From Styela clava (Eukaryota), in the NCBI RefSeq assembly GCF_964204865.1, contig NC_135254.1:1426001-1490000 (forward strand): DNA of 64,000 nucleotides, given 5' to 3'. The notes under the pieces are model-generated. The model was not told where the DNA came from. It made no database searches and saw only the letters and a program-made list of their open reading frames with translations. This document shows, piece after piece, positions 1 through 9,669 of this stretch; position 1 is the first letter of the stretch; every line of letters starts with the position of its first letter. The position numbers were made by a program, and so were the translations under genes.

Positions 1-482
1 TACACTGAACAGTGATCAGTGAAGTGTGACTGGTCAGAATAATTTTGTGCTTGGTATATTTTATTTAATACTGGCTGGTAGTACTCTGAACAGTGATCAA
101 TGAAGTGTGGCTGGTCAGAATAATTTTGTGCTTGGTATATTTTATTTAATTCTGGCTGATAGTACTCTGAACAGTGATCAATGAAGTGTGGCTGGTCAGA
201 ATAATTTGTGCTTGGTATATTTTATTCAATAGTGGCTGATAGTACTTTGAACAGTGATCAGTGAAGTGTGACTGGCCAGAATAATTTGTGCTTGGTATAT
301 TTTATTCAATACTGGGTGATAGTACTCTGAACAGTGACCAATGAAGTGTGACTGGCCAGAATAATTTGTGCTTGGTATATTTTATTTAATACTGGTTGAT
401 AGTACTCTGAACAGTGATCAGTGAAGTGTGACTGGTCAGAATAATTTGTTGCTTGGTATATTTTATTTAATACTGGCTGATA
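1..482. repeat. Tandem minisatellite, ~80-81 bp unit, 6 copies (may continue left of the window)
   Basis: Unit TACTCTGAACAGTGATCAGTGAAGTGTGACTGGTCAGAATAATTTGTGCTTGGTATATTTTATTTAATACTGGCTGATAG repeats head-to-tail with no spacers. About 1.6 units are at the paralogous site 46668-46800. Confidence 0.95.
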
Positions 483-1694
483 AGTGGGCCGGTTACAGAT
501 AATAGACTTGGTTGCTGGGCCAAAGGCTTAAAACTCAATATGAAAAACTGAATAAAAAGATTTATTTACAACAGCTAGGCTAACTAACGTTTATATAAAG
601 CACAATGTCACAATTGAGGTCACTAAAACTATAGTTGTAATTTAAGCAGAAACACTTCGGTTGGCCGGATCCGACCTACGGTCTATCATTTTGACCCCCC
701 CTTATATTGCCGCCGTGTATATGAGTACCTTTTGGGTCGCTAGAAAACGAGGTGAGCTGTGAAGCAAATAATGTCATCTTCAAGGAATCTTAAGTTTGCC
801 ATTCTTGAATTTGTAATTTTGATTAAATAATTTTTGGGAGAACTGTTTCACGAATAATATTCACTTAGAATTGTGTATGGACTGAATTACTAGAGATTGC
901 AAATACATAATTGGTTGTTCAGTTTTTTATTTTTTTATTGTTCATGTTACTGTGGAATTGATTTAATTTTACTAGTTTTTGCATTTCTTTTTATTTTATT
1001 TGCATGGTATTGTGTCAGGTATATTTGATGTTTTTATGACTTTTTGGTTAAGGCAGGTGTAACTCAACTATTAAATTTGTTCCTTGGTGCTAGTCTATCT
1101 TGGGTATTGGAATATGTAATATTTATTTACCAGCTGTTACACTGATAGTAACTGTACAACAGCGATCATGGCACATAGTTATCTCCCACAGGATTCGAAC
1201 AAGATAAGCAAAATCATATATGCACTGTCATGCTTCATTGATTCTACTCGGTAGGTTCAAATGCCACCAAACCCGATTGTACTGGAATATTCTGCACAAA
1301 CCTGGGTGGTATTTTACTTAGTTAGTTTGCTTGGTGGAAACCTTTGTGCACTTTAGTGTTGTCGAATAGGTTTAGATTTCTTCGAAAAACTTACCGGTAG
1401 GTTCTTAGGTTCTTCCTTGTCCATATACCTGTTTGAAAAAATTTAGTTTTAAATAATTTTGTATGAGGATTTTTTTGGTTGTATTACATTTGCATGGTAT
1501 TGTGTCTGTTAGGTTTTAGCACAGTGTTTGGCAAATGCTCGGGTCGCGAGATGTTAGAAATATTTTTAGGGTTGTGCCAATCGCGCCAGAAAGTGCTTAC
1601 AGACCATAAGTTAATGTGATATTAGTCCGTAAGTGGTTCAGAGCACAAAAAAAGAACTCTGGAACTAGGTTTTTAGGATAGGATATGATTTACA

Positions 1695-1980
1695 TATTCA
1701 TCCTGAGAGAGAGGAAAGTTACCATTCTATGTCGGGTATATGATTAGTTAGTTATTTGTTCTCTGAAGCATGGACTCGATGGTGGAGGAAGCCGTAAGCG
1801 ACCAGCGGTTACGTAAACCACCCTACGGCGGCGAGGAGTCCAGCAATCCTCTCGCATATAACCATCCCCGCGTGGGATTCGATCCTGCGAACCCACGCAG
1901 GGTAATCAGAGTTGTGGTGGCGAGCGTATTCCTAACGCTTAGCATGATGAGCCACACTGTCACGCTGCTTGTGCTGAGTT
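1695..1980 (-). mobile_element. tRNA-derived SINE-like element
   Basis: Minus strand has A-box-like TGGCTCATCATG and B-box-like GGATCGAATCCC. Related copies lie at ~48195-48330 (internally deleted) and ~57690-57970. Confidence 0.6.
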
Positions 1981-2319
1981 AAATGAAGCGTTTTAAATAC
2001 TTTACTGCTGGTTGTTATTCTCAGTTCAAATCTGTATCTTGGTCAAAGTTTCAATTTTGGGGTGCAAGCACTCATGCACTGAGATCTGTGTTCCACCATA
2101 ATTAGGGCCTCTTTAACAAGAGCCATAATATTTGGCAACAATTTTTATGTGTGGGCAGTCGATCTGGAATGCTTTTCCTTTTTGTAAATGGAAAGTTGGG
2201 ATAATTACGAAATGTAAGCAGTTGGTTAGAGAAAGTGAGATTTACAGAATAATGCTTTATTTATCTTTTGTCATTTCGGATCATATTTTGGTTTTAGTTT
2301 CGAAGCTGTTTTAGTTTGC

Positions 2320-2420
2320 GGTACCCCCCGAAGTATGTGTACCAGGTTAGGGTTAGGCCATAATTTCAGGTACAAATACTACGGGAGTCACGTGTCTAGT
2401 CTTCGAACTCATAACAAGGG
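2320..2420. mobile_element. Partial copy of the palindromic MITE family carrying GGTTAGGGTTAGG
   Basis: GTATGTGTACCAGGTTAGGGTTAGGCCATAAT is shared with complete copies at 58569-58785 and 59147-59340. Confidence 0.7.
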
Positions 2421-3390
2421 CCATAATTTGTTTATGCAACGACAGGTGATTTTCTTTTGGTAAAAGGAAATTGTTCTGGATTAAATACTTACCAAACTTT
2501 AGGAAGCTGGTTGGAGAAAGTGAGATTTACAGAAATATTGTTTGTCACGATTTGTGACGAATGAATGTACATAACATTTTTTAAAAACATACAAACCAGG
2601 ATGTGCTAAATAGGCCTATAGTTTCATACAGACATACTGATGCACAAAAATTCTTCAGTTTAAAATCGATAGTGAGAATTGTTGTCTTGTTCTAGAATAG
2701 CAAGGCAATTCATCACAGTAAAACCATAGTAGCTTCAGAAATAGGCTTATTTTTATCTTTTGTCATTTCAGATCATATTCTGGTCTTAGTTTCGAAGGTG
2801 TACTTGGATAGTATCTTATTTTCCTTTTGAAGTTTGTCTTTGCTTTCTCAAAACCTTAAAGTGTCACGTAATCAAACTTGGTTTTACTGTGGCGATTCAG
2901 GTTGTAAAAACCTCTTGTTTGTTGAAGGTGACATAGTGCTCAATCACAATATTCACTTTTTCATGTAATTTTTTGTTTGTCCGAATATATGGTGTAAATG
3001 GCAATAAAGAAATAGTATGTTTCTTCAAGTACAAGCCACATCGCTACAGTAAAACAAAACTAGCTCATTCTTCAAAAATGAACCTTTTTAATTTGTGTCA
3101 TGACGTAGCAAAGGCCATTTTTGGGTTTTAGTTTCAATGCTGTTCCTGTTTTAGATTTCAGATAGTACCTTATGTCCATTTTTGAAGTTAGACCGTTAGA
3201 ATCCGACTATTACAACCTTTGAATAAGCAAATTGGTTTTACTGTGGCGATCCAGGTTATTTATTCCTGTAATCATCTCTTGGTTGTTGAAGTTGTGAAAA
3301 CCAATATTTACTCTTTCTTTGTTCCCCCGAATATATTACTGCAGTTTTAAATACAGAAATAGTATAGTAGTATCTCCAATTATCGGAGAT

Positions 3391-6300
3391 ATGAGTGACC
3401 GACTAGAAGATGTGATCAGAGGATGTGTGAGACAATTTGCTTCAACTGTTGATTTCACAACCTTCGCACAATCTGGGAACGGACTCTCACTCAGTGTGCA
3501 AGATGTCACTACGGTCATTGAAAACCACAGATTCTCTGTTGAAGAACAGAAGAAGAAATTGTTCTGGCTTTGGGTCGAAAGGAACCAACCGAATGTAACA
3601 GCACAAAGGATAAGGAATCTTGTTACACGATACCATGCAGCTGAACAACAAGGCGCTGCTGCTCCTATTGGCAGACTTGAAGATGTTTTTCAAGATGTTA
3701 TTAAACGATTTACATCCAAGGAATTCAAGCAGTTTGCGGGATCAGGGCAGGGATTATCTCTTACTGAGTATGAAGTTGACACTATCACAGAAAATAATAG
3801 ATTCTCAGTGGAGGAGCGAAATCTTAAATTACTGTGGAAATGGAGGCATTCTAAGTATCCAAACACTAATGATGCAGCTGTGATAGAAAGAATAAGAGCA
3901 GTGGTTGGGCTTTATGTTCAAGATGCAAATCGAGTAGAGGAAGAACAGTTCATTCAGGAAGATGGAGACAGAATGCTGGAATCATTCAAAAAACTTTCTG
4001 TGAAACCAACTCAAACAACTGAAGTTTCAGAAGAAAAAGAATTTCTTGAAGTCGTGAAAAATTATACAAAGCAGATGTTGGAATCTCGATTGGAATCCGC
4101 CAGTGAAAAAACAAAAATGGATGATTTTATACTTCCCAAGGTGACTGAGTTCAAGGAATCCGAATCCAACAAACAGAGTAGTTTGCAATCAGTGGATATC
4201 ATGAAGATTCATTATGATAACTCAGTCAACCGTGTGATGTTGCTAGGAGACACAGGCTCAGGAAAAACAACATTCTCGATGAAATATGCATTGTCAGCGT
4301 TAGAAAATAAATTAAACTTTTCGAATGAAATTAAGATGGTCTATTTCGTTGATGTTTCTAATTTACAAGGTGATTCTCAATCAACTGCTTTTGATCTTCT
4401 ATTCGTTCAACAACTTGGTTCGAAACTTCCCGAGCATCTCCATCGTGTTGGACAAAAGTGGTTGAAACTGAATTCAAAACATATTCTACTTGTAGTTGAT
4501 GGGTTGGATCAGAGTCTGAAGCCTTTTGCAAATAATTATGGAAGAATTGGAGTGGACACTCTAGCGGAAACCAACACTATTCTCGCTAATATTTTATCCG
4601 GCCACATGTATCCAGGAATGAAGATTTTGTCAACGACTCGTTGGAATGTTTATTGGAAGTTGCCTCCATCTATCAAGGCCACCTTGAATCTCACCTTAGG
4701 GGGATGGGATGATAAAACACTGGAACTTCTTGCTGGAAAGTTATTTAGTCCTGACGCAAGAAAAATATTTGATGATTTGAGACGTAAAGCACCAGGTTTT
4801 GTTTCAAATCCGATGTTTTTTTTCTACTTGGTTCGAGTTTTAAAAGATTTCAAAGAAAGCGATGTTGATACTTTAACAAATCTGATGGTTTCTGTTTTGA
4901 ACCTTTTTTCAGGATCTCGTCATGGACAAAATGTCGGAAGTCTGTTATTGGAACTCATGAAGTTGGCTTACCACGGAATGATAGAGAATCGATTTGTTTT
5001 CACTGCAAGCTATATTAGATCACTTAAGTTGAATATGAATGACATGCGTGGTCTTGTTGAGATGGATGCTGACACTCGATTTGTTGAGTATGTTGCGGGT
5101 GACAACGACATCAGCTTACGGTTTTCACACCAGAGTATAGGAGAGATACTTGCTGCCCTGTATGCCTGTACTCTTGATTTGGATGAATACAAGAAGTTTA
5201 TCGAGAATTATTATAATAAACCAGGAATGGAAGTCGTTATAAAACATACTTTTGGAATTATTCTCAACAAATCAACTTCAGAAAAAGCAGCAAAATATCT
5301 TCCTGATAACTTGCATATCAAGTCTGAATACCTGATGGGCTACTTGGATAAATTATTGAAAGGAAGAGTCATTTCAGATAAACGAGTCGTGACTTTATTA
5401 CTTGAATGTGGTCCTGATGTGATCAAGAAAGTTTGCTCACAAATAGAAAAGATGGATTTGATGTCAGTCCAACTTGGAGATCAGCATGCAGTGATGTCTG
5501 TTGCTGATCATAGTTTTTCATTTCATACTTTGAAACTATTGAGATTGGAAATACATCCTGGGAATTATTATTTCCTGCAACATGTTCTTGGTTCTGTGCA
5601 GAATGTTGATGTGGAATTCTTCCATCTTATCAATTGTGATTCTGATGCTGAGAATCTTCGAATCCTGAATGAAACCGTGATGAAAGGAAACCTTAAGATT
5701 AGGTGGGACCTCACAATAAGAGAAAGTCCAGCACTTGAACCACTTGGTTATTATTATCTAATTGGATTGGTTTGTCATGGTGGTGCGGAAGGGCTTGAAC
5801 TGAGTGGCTGTGACCTGAATGCAGAGAAAATAAGTAAGATAAACCAAGCAGTCATTGAATATGATGTGAGGTTGAATTCATTGAATATTGATGCGGATCC
5901 TAACATGGATGCAGAAGCATTTCAACAATTGCCCCAATTATTAGGGAATGCAAAGACTGAAGATATCACACTGAATGACTGTGACCTGAATGCAGAGAAA
6001 ATAAGTAAGATGAATCAAGCAGTCATTGAATACGGTGTCAAGTTGGATTCATTGGATATTTATAGGAATCCTAATATGGATGCAGACGCATTTCAACAAC
6101 TGGCAAAGTTTCTGAAAAATACTGAGGTTAAAGATCTGTGGACACAAGATTGCATTCCAACCATTGAGCAGTTATCAGATTTTTGTTCAAGTTTAGAAAA
6201 TGAAGATGTCAAGTTGTCTCGCTTAATCCTGGGAAGATCAACTATAGAATCTCTCACTGATGATGAACTGATGATTGTTTCTAGATTGGTTCAGAGGGTG

Positions 6301-6444
6301 GAAGAGCTCGGGTTTTCTTGTCAAAAGTTGCCTGAGTCAAAGATGGAATTCCTGATTAAGGAAACTGCGAGACTTTGTCCAAGTGCAAAGATGAATAGTG
6401 ACTCATGGACTATCTATATAAGAAATCCAATTGTGAAATGCTGA
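3391..6444 (+). CDS. NLR-A: tandem Death-like domains + NACHT + LRR, single coding exon, 1017 aa from ATG 3391
   Basis: Two ~90-aa N-terminal repeats with a Death-domain-like pattern (LSLTEYEVDTITENNRFSVEERNLKLLWKWR). Walker A GDTGSGKTT, Walker B ILLVVDGLDQ, sensor-1 ILSTTR, NPMF, winged-helix FSHQSIGEILAALY, and RI-like LRRs with a 57-aa double unit. The track's 3319 start is a TTG; a candidate splice acceptor TACAG ends at 3356. Confidence 0.92.
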   Translation: MSDRLEDVIRGCVRQFASTVDFTTFAQSGNGLSLSVQDVTTVIENHRFSVEEQKKKLFWLWVERNQPNVTAQRIRNLVTRYHAAEQQGAAAPIGRLEDVFQDVIKRFTSKEFKQFAGSGQGLSLTEYEVDTITENNRFSVEERNLKLLWKWRHSKYPNTNDAAVIERIRAVVGLYVQDANRVEEEQFIQEDGDRMLESFKKLSVKPTQTTEVSEEKEFLEVVKNYTKQMLESRLESASEKTKMDDFILPKVTEFKESESNKQSSLQSVDIMKIHYDNSVNRVMLLGDTGSGKTTFSMKYALSALENKLNFSNEIKMVYFVDVSNLQGDSQSTAFDLLFVQQLGSKLPEHLHRVGQKWLKLNSKHILLVVDGLDQSLKPFANNYGRIGVDTLAETNTILANILSGHMYPGMKILSTTRWNVYWKLPPSIKATLNLTLGGWDDKTLELLAGKLFSPDARKIFDDLRRKAPGFVSNPMFFFYLVRVLKDFKESDVDTLTNLMVSVLNLFSGSRHGQNVGSLLLELMKLAYHGMIENRFVFTASYIRSLKLNMNDMRGLVEMDADTRFVEYVAGDNDISLRFSHQSIGEILAALYACTLDLDEYKKFIENYYNKPGMEVVIKHTFGIILNKSTSEKAAKYLPDNLHIKSEYLMGYLDKLLKGRVISDKRVVTLLLECGPDVIKKVCSQIEKMDLMSVQLGDQHAVMSVADHSFSFHTLKLLRLEIHPGNYYFLQHVLGSVQNVDVEFFHLINCDSDAENLRILNETVMKGNLKIRWDLTIRESPALEPLGYYYLIGLVCHGGAEGLELSGCDLNAEKISKINQAVIEYDVRLNSLNIDADPNMDAEAFQQLPQLLGNAKTEDITLNDCDLNAEKISKMNQAVIEYGVKLDSLDIYRNPNMDADAFQQLAKFLKNTEVKDLWTQDCIPTIEQLSDFCSSLENEDVKLSRLILGRSTIESLTDDELMIVSRLVQRVEELGFSCQKLPESKMEFLIKETARLCPSAKMNSDSWTIYIRNPIVKC

Positions 6445-6623
6445 AGTCGAATTATTATTTCAAGAAATTCTGAACAAGCTCAGTGAAGCGCGAGTTTCCA
6501 AGCATGAAGCATCCAAAGATACTTCACAAATATCCAACCTATTTTCAATTAACCCAAAACCACAAAATACTGTTGAATACCGGGCAATCCTGCATTTCAT
6601 CTTGCGAGGCCTACACTTCAAAT

Positions 6624-7214
6624 CAGGGGTGTGTAACTTTTAAATATCGGAGGGCCAAAACAAATAACTGGCCAAAAGCGTGTGCCGAATCTTTATTTCT
6701 TGTTATTGATCGTATGGCTTCATTAAGACTCCTTGCGGAAATGATGAGTTGAGACGCATAAATTTCTGGAGAAAATTGCTATTCAAATTTACTAACACTT
6801 AGACTTTAAACGAAGTCGATGGGACATTTGCAGATGGTTTTATTTCCCAACTACCAAATTTGCTTTAATGAAAATGTTAGCAATTTGAAGCCCATTATCC
6901 AAGTGTTTGTCTGTCAGAACTGATTGATAGGGGATTTCATATCGCCCATTTTAGAGCAAAATTGTTTGCAAAAATATGTTTAGCAAAAAAATGCCATTTT
7001 CGAATTTTTTTCAACATGGTAAGTATCTTGGTTGAATTAATTTCAATAAAAAAATCGCCAACATTCATTTTCAAATACTTTAAATCTGTTTTACGAAATG
7101 GACTGATGACATCATACGTATAGAATAAGTATAATAGGCCGGACACCATTCTGAATTGGCACTTGTCTGCGGGTGGAAAATTTTTTCCTGCGGGCCGCAG
7201 TTTGCATACTCCTG
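6624..7214. mobile_element. hAT-type MITE present only in copy A
   Basis: Ends CAGGGGTGTGTAACT and AGTTTGCATACTCCTG; 8-bp TSD CTTCAAAT/CTTTAAAT; empty site (CTTTAAAT) in copy B near 52982. Confidence 0.85.
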
Positions 7215-8907
7215 CTTTAAATGAAGGAATCAGACTATTATTATCACTGGTATATTTATTCTGAATTCTGATTAGATTTATTAGAAACTTTCCATTTTAC
7301 ATATTTTGACTTGATAGAACAGCCACTCAGACGTGCATATTCTTAATTAAATTAAACTGTAAGTTATACATTCTTATTTAGTGTGGCAATATATTTTCAG
7401 TGTGTGTTTATATTTTTAATAAAAATCTTCAAATATTTTACTTAAGTATGCTTTCGTAACTTTTATTCAACTGTTTTGAGGTAATTGATGCACAACTTGC
7501 ACAAGTTAAATTAAATATAATACTTTTTGATCCCTAATGCAACCAATATGTCACAATTCTATTTCTCATCATTGTTCTTTGTTGATGAAGTATAATGCCC
7601 CCATTTTTTATACATTCTTTTATTACTGTAAATATTAACTAATCTGTGTATTCTTGTGATTTAGCTTACTGTAGGCGATAATATATTAAGTCTTGTTTTT
7701 ACAAGAGCATTTTGGGATTTATAACTCATATAGAGATGTAACCTGGATATACTGGGAGTAGCTGTACCTGGGTATACTGAGCTGAACAGTCTGGTGAATG
7801 AAACGAGTAATTCTTGAATGGTTTTCATATTTAATTTTTTGATGAATTTCCAAATTTCCAGTCAAATTTTCTTTGAATTGAAACTGGTTTCGTAAACAGG
7901 TAAAAACATAGTAAATGCTCGTAGAGGGAGAATGTTCAATAAGTGGTCACATTTGGGCACAAAACTCTGTATTTTAAATATTATTTAATTTGGAGGTGTT
8001 TTTCTGATTGCAGATATGGCATAATACGAATGCATTGCCTCAGCGTAAAATAGAGATAAAAAACTGAGTAAATGGAAATGAATACAGATATAAAATGCTA
8101 TTTTTTCTGATGCTGCAACGGCTCTCACCCCTGCGTAACTGTTTTCCCGATATTTCTCTCGCTTTCATTTTGCGTTATAAAGGTGTCTCTACTAATTCCC
8201 GGTGTCTTATGATTAGCCATTTCATGCATGGTCATAACTGAAAAGTTATTATCTGGAGTAACAATGACGTTTTATAAAGTGACGTTTTTGAGAGAGTACA
8301 CAATGAGAAAAAGGCAAATTTAGTGTCAACATTAAACGGTGGTTCTATAAATAGAATCGATTGGAATCTGGTGAGTTGGTAATCACAGAAACATGGTACA
8401 AGTAGCTCAAAGCAATAATGTCAGTTCCGAATTTGTGACCTCCTCAAATTCAATTTTGATTTTCTTTTGATTTATTATCACGATTCACTTTGAAATATAT
8501 CAATTTATAATTTTTAATACCCTTAACATATGCCCATAGTTATATTGAAAAATGTCAGATTAACAATTCTTTTTCCTGGAAATAGCTGGACTGATATTGA
8601 AGTAGCAGGAAAAGTTACAGAATAACATTTGTTCAAGCATTAACTGGACTTAGTTAAATAAAAGTCTCACTGCCATGATAATAAATACCAAAATGAAACT
8701 ACAGGCTCACGAGTTTCGTCATAAAAGCATGGCTCAAAATATGATTTATATTAATATTGGCGTATCGGTTATCGGCCACTAGTTGGCCGATATATCGATA
8801 TCGACGTCAAAAAGTGATATCAATCGAGCTCTCCTTGTAACCGAAACCAATTTTTTTTATCCCTCTCTCTCCCTTCCTCATTAAATAAAAGTTTCTTTCC
8901 TGCTCAG

Positions 8908-9122
8908 AAGATCTCGCCAGACATGCTGGAAGATGATAATTTTTTTGACCTTATCACAAGACTTCAAGGTCGTAGGATGGACGACCAACGATGTGAAATG
9001 AGAGACGACCAATCTGAATTACCAGCGTTTTTAAGACCAAACCCCCCAGATCCCCCCTCAAATCATCACCCCGCGGAGAATGGGGCATTGGAGGGAACGA
9101 GAACTCATTGGAAATGATGGGG
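8908..9122 (+). pseudogene. Orphan GoLoco-motif exon (GPSM1/2-like first GoLoco), copy A
   Basis: Acceptor TTTCTTTCCTGCTCAG, then DDNFFDLITRLQGRRMDDQRCEM (GoLoco pattern FFxLxxxxQxxRMDDQR). Donor GTGAGT at 9123; in-frame stop at 9115-9117 just before it. Confidence 0.8.
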
Positions 9123-9269
9123 GTGAGTCTTCTTCCACAATTTTTTTTTAAATTGTTGCGAGTGGTTAACCCATGGGGAAACAGTAAACAGTGGACATAG
9201 TCATTCTACGATGCAGCTAAAGAGAATATTTTTTTTAATGGATCGTTGTGTTATTATGTTGTTCTTTTT

Positions 9270-9668
9270 ATTTATCGATCTTAAGATCGGTAAGTATATT
9301 GATAGGTATTTGTCTGTATGTATGTCTGTCTGTATGTATGTCTGTCTGTTAGATGCACGCGATATCTCACGAAAGCGAGATTGAATCTGCTCCAGATTTT
9401 GCATGTGCATTCATCTTATCTCGGACCAGTAGCCTATTGATTTTGGGCGAATTATGTCGTATAATTAGCGAGTTATCAATCAATTATTGATATAGTGATC
9501 TAGATTTTTGTAAAGCGAGAGAATTTTGAAACCCGCCGAGTGTGTGTGTGCGATGCGCAGTGCGCAAGTTACAAGAGCGGATGAATCGAAACTGCAGTTT
9601 CTGTTTTGGGGGATCCCCTAACTATCGATCGATAAGTCTTCGGTTTCCAACCGATATTCTCGTTTTTC
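9270..9668 (+). mobile_element. DINE-1/HINE-like non-autonomous Helitron/Helentron-type repeat
   Basis: TGTC/TATG microsatellite near the 5' end, ATCGATC near both ends, 3' hairpin CGGTTTCCAACCG, T-rich insertion site. A reverse-complement copy is at 63803-64000. Confidence 0.6.
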
Positions 9669-9669
9669 T

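Larger units (their letters stand above)
1..9270 (+). repeat. Segmental duplication copy A (NLR + GoLoco exon cassette)
   Basis: Colinear with 46665-56820, e.g. AAGTGGGCCGGTTACAGATAATAGACTTGG at 482 and 46801. Upstream region, NLR ORF, 3' flank and GoLoco exon are all shared. Confidence 0.93.

Noticed and set aside
1-482. CRISPR array
   Set aside because: The units are contiguous with no unique spacers, no cas genes are present, and the context is eukaryotic.
1860-1975. tRNA gene
   Set aside because: A/B-box-like motifs are present but I could not form a cloverleaf, and the sequence continues into a body repeated elsewhere, so it is treated as a SINE.
3319-3390. N-terminal extension of NLR-A (and 49558-49602 for NLR-B) from the ORF track
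   Set aside because: These are TTG starts lying upstream of a shared splice acceptor; the first ATG common to both copies is MSDRLED.
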